Positions 12,513 through 25,023 of a DNA stretch of 45,812 bases are shown here, in pieces. The stretch comes from an uncultured Acidobacteriota bacterium. Lineage in GTDB: Bacteria; Acidobacteriota; Thermoanaerobaculia; UBA5066; Gp7-AA6. Location: contig CAVXTP010000020.1 of the NCBI GenBank assembly GCA_963764715.1, forward strand, positions 1-45,812, written 5' to 3'. Under the pieces are notes generated by a model. It worked only from the letters and a program-made list of their open reading frames with translations, was not told where the DNA came from and did not search any database. Position 1 is the stretch's first letter; every line of letters starts with the position of its first letter. Position numbers and translations under genes: made by a program.

Positions 12513-12635
12513 GTGCTGCGGTCCCTCGACGTCGCGCTCTTCTACGGCAGTCTCGGGATCGCGGCGGCGGCGATCGTGCTCTTCCTCTGGCTGACCCGGG
12601 AGCGCGGCCCGCGCCGGCCGCCGGGCCCCCGCTGA
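12513..12635 (+). CDS. Unannotated 40-aa single-TM microprotein
   Basis: Hand translation (GTG) MLRSLDVALFYGSLGIAAAAIVLFLWLTRERGPRRPPGPR, starting 12 nt after the cytochrome stop. Confidence 0.45.
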   Translation: MLRSLDVALFYGSLGIAAAAIVLFLWLTRERGPRRPPGPR

Positions 12636-12716
12636 GCCCCTCGTCCGCGACCTTCGCGAGACGGAGACGCTCGTTCGCCGGACCGTTGACGACGCGGCCG
12701 AGCGGCGGAGCGGCCG

Positions 12717-13253
12717 CTAGGAGGCGAGCATCTGCTCGAGGCGGCTGCGAAACTCCTGGCTCGACCAGTCGACGGCGCCCTGGACGCGGAAGAGGACCCG
12801 GCCCGCCTTGTTGACGATGTAGGTCTCGGGGTACTGGGTCGTGCCGAACCGGCGCGCGGTCGACTCGCCCGGGTCCTGGTAGAGCGGCAGATCGCTCGGC
12901 GTCTTCTTCAGGAAGTCGTCGACGATCTTCCAGTTCTTGTCGACCGAGACGGCGTAGAGGGCGAGGTCGCCGCGGTTCTTGTACTGCTGCCAGAACTTCG
13001 TGAGGGCCGGGATTTCCTCGACGCACGGCGGGCACCACGTCGCCCAGAAGTGGACGATGATGAGCTGGTCCTTCTGGTCCGCCAGGTTCGTCTTCTTTCC
13101 GGCGCGGTCGAAGATCGGCAGCTCCGGCGCCGCCGAGAGAAACTGCAGCGAGCCCGAGGGCGAGGCCGGCGGCTCGAGGGACTTGATCCAGACCGTCCCC
13201 GCGGAGGCGGCGGCGACGGCGAAGACGAGCGTCAGGAGCGATCGGGTCTTCAT
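12717..13253 (-). CDS. TlpA/ResA-like thiol-disulfide oxidoreductase
   Basis: HFWATWCPPCVEEIP, YPETYIVNK, N-terminal anchor. Confidence 0.9.
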   Translation of the reverse strand: MKTRSLLTLVFAVAAASAGTVWIKSLEPPASPSGSLQFLSAAPELPIFDRAGKKTNLADQKDQLIIVHFWATWCPPCVEEIPALTKFWQQYKNRGDLALYAVSVDKNWKIVDDFLKKTPSDLPLYQDPGESTARRFGTTQYPETYIVNKAGRVLFRVQGAVDWSSQEFRSRLEQMLAS

Positions 13254-13268
13254 GCGCAGGTCGGTAGT

Positions 13269-14203
13269 TTAACGCCCCCGGCCGCCGCCGCTCGGAGGAC
13301 TCCCGCGGCGGGACGGCGGACGATCGCCCCGGCTGCGCCCGGCCCGGCACCCGTCCCGCACGGCGCACTCGGGGCAGCGGCTCTCGGACAGGCGGGGCCG
13401 GCAGATGTCGAGGATGCCGATGCGGCACAGCGCGTAGTCGAATCGAACGGGGTCGACGGGATCGAATCGAGCGAGAGAATCGGTGATCTCCCGCGCGGTC
13501 GCCCAACCGGCGGTCCGGCGCCGCGTCAGGCCGAGGCGCCGCGCGATGCGGTGGATGTGGGTGTCGGTGGGGACGACGAGCCGGTCGGTCGGGATCCCGG
13601 TCCAGAGGCCGAAGTCGAGGGCGTCGCGGCGGACCATCCAGCGCAGGTAGAGGTTCCAGCGCTTGCAGGCCGAGCCCGAGGCCGGGTCGGGGAAGAAGAA
13701 GCGGACGGGGGAGCCCGCCGGGATGCGCCGGGTTCCCAGGGCCGGCCGGTAGTCGAAGGCCTCGATGCGCGCGACGACGCGGGAGAGGAGCGCGCCCGCG
13801 TCCCGGTCCTCCGACCGGAGCTCGCCTTCGAAGAAGCGCGCGCAGCGTTCCCCCGCCTGCTTCCCGCGCCCGGGCGATCGCGAGAAGGAGCGCCGCCGCG
13901 TCGCGCGCGCCGTGAAAGCGGTGGCGGAAGCCCGGGAAGGCGTCCGAGGCGAAGCGGCGGAAGTCGCCGTATCGCGTCGAGCGCCGTCGCGGGCCTCGGG
14001 CCGAGCGCGCCGAGGAGCGTCGCGACCGACGCCTGGATCGTACGCACCTGGCCGTAGGCGAAGGCGGTCGCGATCCAGCCCACGACCTCGCGGTCCTCCG
14101 CCGACGCGTAGCGGCCGACGAAGAGGATCGGATCGGTCGAGACGGTCTCGGGACCGTAGAGCCGGTAGAGCGACTCGAGGCGATCGCCGAGGAGACGGTG
14201 CAT
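13269..14203 (-). CDS. TIGR02757 (DUF2400) family protein; frameshifted
   Basis: DPILFV..Y...EDREV...AFAYGQV, SACKRWNLYLRWMVR, DFGLW, PTDTHIHR, DPVRFDYAL, C-terminal Cys cluster. Confidence 0.85.
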
Positions 14204-14242
14204 CCCGGCTAGAAATACCACAGAGGCCGTTACAATGGGGCG

Positions 14243-15487
14243 ATGCCACCGGCCGGCCGCGAACGCGTCCTCATCGTCGGCGTGGCACCCAAGGGCGGGC
14301 TCCCGCGTGCGGTGGCGGAGGACCATCTCGACGAGCTCGAGCGGCTCGTCGACACCGCCGGCGGCGCGGTCGTCGCGCGGTTCGTGAAGGAGCGCGCGGC
14401 GCCCGATCCGGCGACGTACATCGGCAAGGGCGCGGTCGAGGAGATCGGCCGGGCCGCGAAGGCCGAGCGCGCCGGCCTCGTCGTGTTCGACGACGAGCTT
14501 TCGCCGGGCCAGGTCCGCAACCTCGCGAAGGCCTGGGGCGACGAGGTCCGCGTGCTCGACCGCCCGGGCCTGATCCTCGACGTCTTCGCCCTGCACGCGC
14601 GCTCGCGCGAGGCGCGCACGCAGGTCGAGCTCGCGCAGCTCCAGTACCTTCTGCCGCGCCTGGCGGGGGCCTACGGCCACCTCTCGCGCCTCGGCGGCGG
14701 GATCGGCGGCCGCGGCGCCGGCGAGCAGAAGCTCGAGCTCGACCGCCGCAAGATCCGCGACCGCATCGCGCGGCTGCGCCGCGACCTCGAGAAGATCGAG
14801 GTCGCCCGCCTCGTCCGACGCCGCGGGCGGCGCCGCCACCGGCAGGTGGCGATCGCCGGCTACACCAACGCCGGCAAGACGACGCTCTTCAACCGGCTGG
14901 CGAGCGACTCGGCCTACGCCGCGGACCGCCTCTTCGCGACACTCGACGCGCGGGCGGGCCGGGGCTCGTCGTCGCGGCTCGCCGACGTGATCTTCGTCGA
15001 CACGGTCGGCTTCGTCCGGAAGCTGCCGACGTCGCTCGTCGCCTCGTTCCGCTCGACGCTGTCCGAGATCCGCGACGCCGATCTCGTCCTCCACGTCGTC
15101 GACGCCTCTTCGCCGCGGGCCGACGAGGAGGAGAAGATCGCGACCGAGACCTTCGAGGAGCTCGGCGTTGCGCCCGAGCGGGTCCTCGTCGTCGCCAACA
15201 AGATCGACCAGGGGGGAGGGGGGCGCCGGCCGGGCGTCATCCGCGTCTCCGCGAAGACGAGCGAGGGCCTGCCGAGGCTCGAGGCCGAGATCCTCCGCCG
15301 CCTCTCTCCGGACGCCGAGGAATTCCGTGTCCGGATTCCCTACACCAGCCCCCGCGCGATCGCCGCGGCCCGCGCCTCCTTCCGCGTTCTCGACGAGAAA
15401 GACCAGGGCGACTCCCTCTCCATGCGACTCTCGGGCGAACGCCGCTACCTCCGACCCCTCGCCCCCTTCGTCGAGCCGCGTGGTTGA
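14243..15487 (+). CDS. hflX: GTPase HflX
   Basis: QVELAQLQYLLPRL, GAGEQKLELDRR, GYTNAGKTTL, LFATLD, DTVGF, NKID. Confidence 0.96.
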   Translation: MPPAGRERVLIVGVAPKGGLPRAVAEDHLDELERLVDTAGGAVVARFVKERAAPDPATYIGKGAVEEIGRAAKAERAGLVVFDDELSPGQVRNLAKAWGDEVRVLDRPGLILDVFALHARSREARTQVELAQLQYLLPRLAGAYGHLSRLGGGIGGRGAGEQKLELDRRKIRDRIARLRRDLEKIEVARLVRRRGRRRHRQVAIAGYTNAGKTTLFNRLASDSAYAADRLFATLDARAGRGSSSRLADVIFVDTVGFVRKLPTSLVASFRSTLSEIRDADLVLHVVDASSPRADEEEKIATETFEELGVAPERVLVVANKIDQGGGGRRPGVIRVSAKTSEGLPRLEAEILRRLSPDAEEFRVRIPYTSPRAIAAARASFRVLDEKDQGDSLSMRLSGERRYLRPLAPFVEPRG

Positions 15488-15513
15488 AGTTTCGCGGGCA
15501 GGCAACATCGGTT

Positions 15514-15666
15514 CGCGGCGCGAGTAGTCTCCCGACCGAAGGGAGGGAGGAGGTTCGCGCCGCGGGAGCGAGAGCGCAGTCGAGGGGTCAGGCTCGCGGT
15601 CGAGCCCGCATCCGGGCGAGCCGCGAGCCGGTGCGCCGCAGGCGCAGACCCCTCGCAAGCTCTCGC
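15514..15666. repeat. Multi-branched palindromic element (repeat or structured RNA)
   Basis: Perfect stems 15514-23/15555-64, 15568-75/15659-66, 15581-89/15647-55, 15591-99/15621-29, plus small hairpins. Confidence 0.55.
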
Positions 15667-15673
15667 GACGTGC

Positions 15674-15706
15674 AAAACGAAGGGGGGAATCGGCCGATTC
15701 CCCCCT
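15674..15706 (-). terminator. Intrinsic terminator (minus strand)
   Basis: Perfect 26-nt palindrome AGGGGGGAATCGGCCGATTCCCCCCT (15681-15706) followed by TCGTTTT on the minus strand. Confidence 0.7.
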
Positions 15707-15747
15707 CTCCCGTCATGCCGGAACTCCCATGCCGGCACTCTTCTTGG
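15674..15747 (-). ncRNA. Candidate ~75-nt sigma54-dependent small RNA
   Basis: Lies between a -24/-12 motif and the terminator; internal hairpin TGCCGG-catgggagtt-CCGGCA; no credible ORF. Confidence 0.5.
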
Positions 15748-15757
15748 CGATCGTGAT

Positions 15758-15773
15758 TACAAGACCCGTACCA
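15758..15773 (-). promoter_or_regulatory. Sigma54 -24/-12 promoter (variant)
   Basis: TGGTACG-GGTC-TTGTA versus consensus TGGCACG-N4-TTGCW; IHF-like CTTCAAGGACTTG at 15803-15815 and palindrome CGACAAAATTTGTCG at 15871-15885 upstream. Confidence 0.55.
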
Positions 15774-15927
15774 GTAGATCGTGTGAAGCGCAGCGCTTGA
15801 TTCTTCAAGGACTTGCGCGAGACGGCGAACGACCGGCCCGCCAAACCGCGGCGCGTCGAGCGCCGACGGCCGACAAAATTTGTCGACGCGCGGTTAGAAT
15901 CCCGGCGCCCGTGGAGGTGGAGATCGC

Positions 15928-16143
15928 ATGAAGCTCGCGCGCTGGGTCGGTCTGTCGCTCGCCGTCGTCGTGGTCGCGGCCTCCGCCTGCGGCAAGAAGT
16001 CGTCGCACGGCGCCGGCCACGCCGCCGAGCCGGCCACGACGCCCGCTCCGCCGCCCACTCCCGACACGACGCCGATCGAGGCCCTGCGCACCCCGGCGGG
16101 CCTGGTCTTGAAGATCACGCCGGCGCCGACGATGGCGCCGTGA
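15928..16143 (+). CDS. Small Pro-rich lipoprotein
   Basis: Signal peptide with lipobox-like ASAC; GGAG RBS; TAGAAT -10 at 15895-15900. Confidence 0.65.
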   Translation: MKLARWVGLSLAVVVVAASACGKKSSHGAGHAAEPATTPAPPPTPDTTPIEALRTPAGLVLKITPAPTMAP

Positions 16144-16354
16144 AGAGCCCCGAACAGTCCGTCGTTTCCCCGAAGCCGGCCGCGCCCGAGCCTCCGAGAC
16201 GCGCGCCCCGGCGCGAACGCGCCGGCACGCTTCGGACGCCGAACCGTCCCGGACCTGCCCCAACTGCGGCGCCCCGCTCTTCGAGCAGAAGTGCAAGCTG
16301 CTCTGCCCGAACCGCGCCTGCGGCTACTACCTGAGCTGCTCGGACTTCTACTAG
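16140..16354 (+). CDS. Small CPxCG zinc-ribbon protein; start uncertain, probable frameshift
   Basis: Hand translation of the C-terminus: [34 protein letters not shown]; no in-frame start, and GTG 16140 overlaps the upstream stop in another frame. Confidence 0.6.
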
Positions 16355-16363
16355 GCTGCCGCC

Positions 16364-20747
<4,384 letters not shown>

Positions 20748-20847
20748 TTAAGTGTGTCTGGCTCAGCATTATGCCTGAAACCTGACGCTCGTCGGGACGG
20801 TTTCTGCGTCGGACGCCGCCGTGCTATCCTGCGCGCCTCTTTCGCGT

Positions 20848-20924
20848 GGGGCTGTAGCTCAGTTTGGGAGAGCGCCTGAATGGCATTCAGGAGGTCGACG
20901 GTTCGATCCCGTTCAGCTCCACCA
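20848..20924 (+). tRNA. tRNA-Ala (GGC)
   Basis: GGGGCTGTAGCTCAG...CCTGA-ATGGCAT-TCAGG...GGTTCGATCCC..CAGCTCCACCA; G3-U70 pair; encoded CCA. Confidence 0.97.
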
Positions 20925-21255
20925 ATTCTTGCCACCTCACGGTTCCCTAGCACCTGCGTGACTCGAAGCGACGGTTGGATCGAACCGTCGACCTCCGTGG
21001 GGGGCTCGGGGGGCGCCGTGCGCCCCCCGCCAGGGACGCCGACGGAACCGTCACCCGAGCGCAGCGAGGCGTGACGGTTCGATCCCGTTCAGCTCCACCA
21101 ATTCTTGCCACCTCACGGTTCCCTAGCACCTGCGTGACTCGAAGCGACGGTTGGATCGAGCCGTCGACCTCCGTGGGGGGTTCGGGGGGCGCCGTGCGCC
21201 CCCCGCCAGGGATGCCGACGGAACCGTCACCCGAGCGCAGCGAGGCGTGACGGTT
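20897..21255 (+). repeat. Tandem duplication of a 176-bp unit that begins with the tRNA-Ala 3' end
   Basis: GACGGTT recurs at 20897, 21073 and 21249; the two units differ at only a few positions. Confidence 0.92.
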
Positions 21256-21336
21256 TCAGCCGACCACCAGAGGCAAACCGCCGGCAGTAGGCAACGCCGG
21301 CCGCAGGCCGGCGGTCATCCCGTTCAGCTCCACCAA
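21190..21336 (+). repeat. ~146-bp direct repeat (left copy), ending in the tRNA-Ala 3' end
   Basis: CGCCGTGCGCCCC...AACCGTCACCCGAGCGCAGCGAGGCGTGACGGTTTCAGCCGACCACCAGAGGC...GGTCATCCCGTTCAGCTCCACCAA; near-identical to 22359-22504. Confidence 0.9.
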
Positions 21337-21540
21337 TCACCTCACTAAGACTTCAACCCGGGAACAAACGTGAGCCGACGTCTACCTGAATCGAACGCCT
21401 GCCGAGCGTGAGCGAGGCAGAGACGGTTTCAGCCGGCCACTGGAGGCAAACCCGCGCTTGGAGGGGCGCGACGTGGAAGATTCCGTCCACGACTTCGTTT
21501 GATGTTGCGGACCCGACCCTGGCGGGCCCAGGGCGTCTCG

Positions 21541-22308
21541 TTACCTCGTTTCCCGAACGACCCTGTCGTACAAAGGCTGCGTGGGGCGTGCGTCGTGGCG
21601 GTACAGTTTCGAGAACTGTGCAAGCTCGTCGGCTGAGATCGGAATGGGCTGTTTGAGGATGAACCAGGTCACGTTTTCGGTGCAGGGCGGAGTTGTGAGC
21701 GACCCTTCGAAGGTGTAGTAACCGCGGTCGCCGGGCAACAGATCGACGGCGTTGACCTTCACAGAATCGAAAAGGGCCTCCTTTTCTTTCTCTTTCGGGA
21801 TGTCCTTCCAAAGCTCGCGGACGAGCGGGTTCTCCTTGCCGAGCTCCAGAAGGATGGCGACGACTGCGAGGTGGCCGGCTTCATTCGCGTGCACCAGGTG
21901 AATGACCATGTCGTAAGTCTTGCCGTGGATCTTCTCCTCGCTCGGCCGATGAAAGTGGAACTGTTTCAACTGATACTGCGCGTCGCCCACACGGATGGAG
22001 CTCCCCGCCTCGTAGGTGACCATGATTGTGTGGCCGTTGTCGATGATCCGCAGTGGCGACGGCTTGTAGTCGAACTGGATGGCGGGCAGGTCGGCCTTTT
22101 CCGCCTCCTGGATATTGATCGGCGATTGGTGGTGGCCTTGTTTGCAGGGTGTGAACTCCGGCTTTAGGTCGCCCCAGTGCTGCGGACCAAGATCCTGTCC
22201 ATAATCCCATTCGTGCTTTTCGGCCGGTTTCGCCTCATGGGCTTGCGCGCGGGCGAAGGTCGCGGCCAGAGCAACGAAGAGCACGATTCGTGACACCAGT
22301 CGTGGCAT
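21541..22308 (-). CDS. cah: Alpha-class carbonic anhydrase, secreted
   Basis: Signal peptide; QSPINI, NGHTI, QFHFHRPSEE, HLVH, GSLTTPPCTENVTW, ARPTQPL; visibly more AT-rich than neighbouring genes. Confidence 0.95.
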   Translation of the reverse strand: MPRLVSRIVLFVALAATFARAQAHEAKPAEKHEWDYGQDLGPQHWGDLKPEFTPCKQGHHQSPINIQEAEKADLPAIQFDYKPSPLRIIDNGHTIMVTYEAGSSIRVGDAQYQLKQFHFHRPSEEKIHGKTYDMVIHLVHANEAGHLAVVAILLELGKENPLVRELWKDIPKEKEKEALFDSVKVNAVDLLPGDRGYYTFEGSLTTPPCTENVTWFILKQPIPISADELAQFSKLYRHDARPTQPLYDRVVRETR

Positions 22309-22358
22309 GGCCGTCCCCCAGTGGCTCTTAGCTTACCAATCCCATCGCATCGTTGGGA

Positions 22359-22504
22359 CGCCGTGCGCCCCCGCCGGGGACGCCGACGGAACCGTCACCC
22401 GAGCGCAGCGAGGCGTGACGGTTTCAGCCGACCACCAGAGGCAGACCCCCGGCAGTAGGCAACGCCGGCCGCAGGCCGGCGGTCATCCCGTTCAGCTCCA
22501 CCAA
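22359..22504 (+). repeat. ~146-bp direct repeat (right copy), ending in the tRNA-Ala 3' end
   Basis: Matches 21190-21336; ATCCCGTTCAGCTCCACCAA at 22485-22504; further partial copies at about 22505-22560 and 22591-22644. Confidence 0.9.
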
Positions 22505-23530
22505 GCCGACCACCGAAAGGCAGACCCCCGGCAGTAGGCAACGCCAGCCAGAGGCCGGCGGTAACTCGAAGGAAGCTCGAAGCCACCTTTGGCGCCGTGC
22601 GCCCCCCGCCAGGGACGCCCGACGGAAGCGTCACCCGAGCGCAGAGGTCCGTGTTCCCGTCCCCAAGTCGAACGACGCGGAGCAGGTGGTTCGACCGGCC
22701 GACGGCCGACCGCCCGTGCCCGCCAGCGGCCGCCCCGCCGGGCTGGCACAGGCCGCGCGGCGCGCGCGGTGGGATCGTCTCGGCCGCCAGGCTTCCTCGG
22801 CGCGGCCCGGAGCGCCTCGAGACGCACTGGATTCGGCCGGTGGGCGGCGGCGCGGACTTCCGGGTCATTTCAGCCGGTCCACAGGTCGACAGCGCCTGCC
22901 TCTCGAGGCTGCCGTTGGAGGCGCCTGGGTCTCGGACATACGGTGCGCTGACCCGATCCGCGCGGAGCCTGGAAGTGCCAGTACGCGATTCGGAGGGTTC
23001 GCGCGACCGAGCGCGGCAACACGGTCTCGGCGGCTCGCGCCTTCCACGATTTCGCCGGAGGCGGAGAGACGGCGGCGGGGGACTGCGCCGGCAGAGCCGC
23101 CGCCCCGGAGTCGGGAACCCCAAAGCCGCGACAGTGGCTGCCGCGGCGCTGCATGTGATTCGCCCCGACACCATCGACGATCCCGCTTCCGGCTCTCCGG
23201 TGAGATTTTCGTGGCTTCAGCCCGGGGCGGATGACCGCGTCGTCCGCCGCCGAGATCCTGTCGGATGTCACCCCGTCTGTCGATGGAGACCGTCTCTCAC
23301 CAGCGCCGCAGCAATATCGCGCCGTCAGTCCGCGCCCGCTATGCCACCCTTATACCGACCGGCCGATGAAGGGAATCCTTCCGTGCTTCAGCCCATCGAA
23401 ATCCTTCGGGCAGGGAGGCCGCGGCAATCGAAAAGCCCCCACGCGGCGCTGACGCGCAGGGCTGCACCTCACCCGCGAACAGGAAAATCGAACCGCGACC
23501 CTCCCGCGGAGCTCTGCCCGGAATTCGGCG

Positions 23531-23926
23531 CTACTCCGTCGTCTTGCCGGCGAAGTGCTCCCTGGCCGCCAGGGCATCGGCCTTGGTGGCGTGCACCGTG
23601 CCGTCCGCATGCTCGGGGGGCCCGTAGAGCGTGTAGAGCTTGAGCGGTCTTTCACCGGTGTTCTTGACGTTGTGCCGCGCGCCGGCGGGGACGAGGATGG
23701 CGGAGTCGCTCTCGATCTGCGTCTCCCGGCCGTCGATCCAGACCTCTCCCTTGCCCTCCTCGATCCGGAAGAACTGATCGCGGTCCGGGTGGACCTCCTC
23801 GCCGATGTCCTGGCCCGGCGCGAGCGCCATCAGAACGAGCTGCAGGTTCTTGCCCGTATACAGCACCCGGCGGAAATCCGAATTGTGCCCGGTGATTTCT
23901 TCGATGTCGTCGACGAACCCCTTCAT
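23531..23926 (-). CDS. Cupin domain protein
   Basis: NSDFRRVLYTG, IGEEVH..DQFFRIEEG, VPAGARHNV, LKLYTLYGPPEH; AAGGAG RBS. Confidence 0.9.
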   Translation of the reverse strand: MKGFVDDIEEITGHNSDFRRVLYTGKNLQLVLMALAPGQDIGEEVHPDRDQFFRIEEGKGEVWIDGRETQIESDSAILVPAGARHNVKNTGERPLKLYTLYGPPEHADGTVHATKADALAAREHFAGKTTE

Positions 23927-24086
23927 GGCAACTCCTTTCGACCGTCGAGATCAACCGTCAGCCTCACGATAAGCGGGCCGCGCCCGCAGCGCTTGATCCA
24001 AGTGGATCAAAAGCGCGGGTTCCGTTTCGGGTCGGCGGCCTCGGCCGCGGTTCGGCGGATTGACATATATTCAGCAAGATGGCTGA

Positions 24087-24431
24087 ATGTCTCCGATGGC
24101 TTCCCGCCGCCGGCCGACCGCTTTCGGTCTCTCCGGACGCGCATCGAGCGGCCACCCCGACGCGTACGAAGCGGTCTTCGACGCGCTCGCGCACCCGGCG
24201 AGGCGGCGGATCCTGATGACGGTGCACTTCGAGGGCGGATCGATGACCGCCGGGCAGATCGCCGCCGTCTTCACGCACACCTGGCAGACCACGACGCGGC
24301 ACCTTCAGGTCCTGGAAGAGGCCGGCCTTCTCGTGCACGAGAAGCGCGGACGTCTGCGGATCTATCGCATCGAACCCAAACGCCTCGAGCTAGTGCGGGA
24401 TTGGCTGGCCTGGTTCTCCCGGAACCCCTGA
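24087..24431 (+). CDS. ArsR/SmtB family transcriptional regulator
   Basis: VFDALAHPARRRIL, MTAGQIA, TRHLQVLEEAGLL, GRLRIYRI. Confidence 0.88.
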   Translation: MSPMASRRRPTAFGLSGRASSGHPDAYEAVFDALAHPARRRILMTVHFEGGSMTAGQIAAVFTHTWQTTTRHLQVLEEAGLLVHEKRGRLRIYRIEPKRLELVRDWLAWFSRNP

Positions 24432-24453
24432 CGAAGAACGAAGGAGGAATCGC

Positions 24454-24939
24454 ATGACGGGAAAAGCGAAAAAGCGGCAGACGATGGCGGGTCCGGCCTC
24501 GAAGTCCCGCCCGAGGATGAAACGCCCGGCGAGGAAGCGCGCAAGCGCCGATGTCCCGCAGTTCTTCCGTCTCAACGTCGAGGTCGGCTCGCTCGACGCC
24601 GCCGCGGCGTTCTACGAGCGGCTCCTCGCCCTGCCGGGGCGGAGGCAGGCCGGATCCCGCTGCTACTTCCGGTGCGGCCCGGTCACCGTCTCGGTTCTCG
24701 ACGTGTCGTCGTCGGGCCCGCCGCATCCGGCGGCCAAGGCGCTTTATTTCACGGTCCGGGACCTCGAGGCGGCGTTCGAGCGGGCGAAGGCCCTCGGCTG
24801 TTTGTCGCGGGAAAGCGTTCACGACGCTCCGGGCGGCGGGATCGTCGTGCGTCCGTGGGGGGAGCGGTCGTTCTATTGCGAGGACCCGTGGAAGAATCCG
24901 CTGTGCTTCGTCGAAGAGGGGACGATCTATGCCGGATAG
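24454..24939 (+). CDS. VOC/glyoxalase family protein
   Basis: LDAAAAFYERLL, LYFTVRDLEA, RPWGERSFYCEDPWKN; AGGAGG RBS. Confidence 0.88.
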   Translation: MTGKAKKRQTMAGPASKSRPRMKRPARKRASADVPQFFRLNVEVGSLDAAAAFYERLLALPGRRQAGSRCYFRCGPVTVSVLDVSSSGPPHPAAKALYFTVRDLEAAFERAKALGCLSRESVHDAPGGGIVVRPWGERSFYCEDPWKNPLCFVEEGTIYAG

Positions 24940-25023
24940 TCGGACATCGACTGTCGACGCTCATGGGAGGAACCACCTCGACCGTCACCTGCGGCAGTTC
25001 GGCGGCTGACGCCGCCGCTGCGC

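Noticed and set aside
21073-21100. Second tRNA-Ala gene
   Set aside because: Only the T-arm and 3' acceptor strand are present; there is no D or anticodon arm.
20897-22644. CRISPR array
   Set aside because: Units are 146-176 bp, the intervening sequence is duplicated rather than unique spacers, and no cas genes are present.
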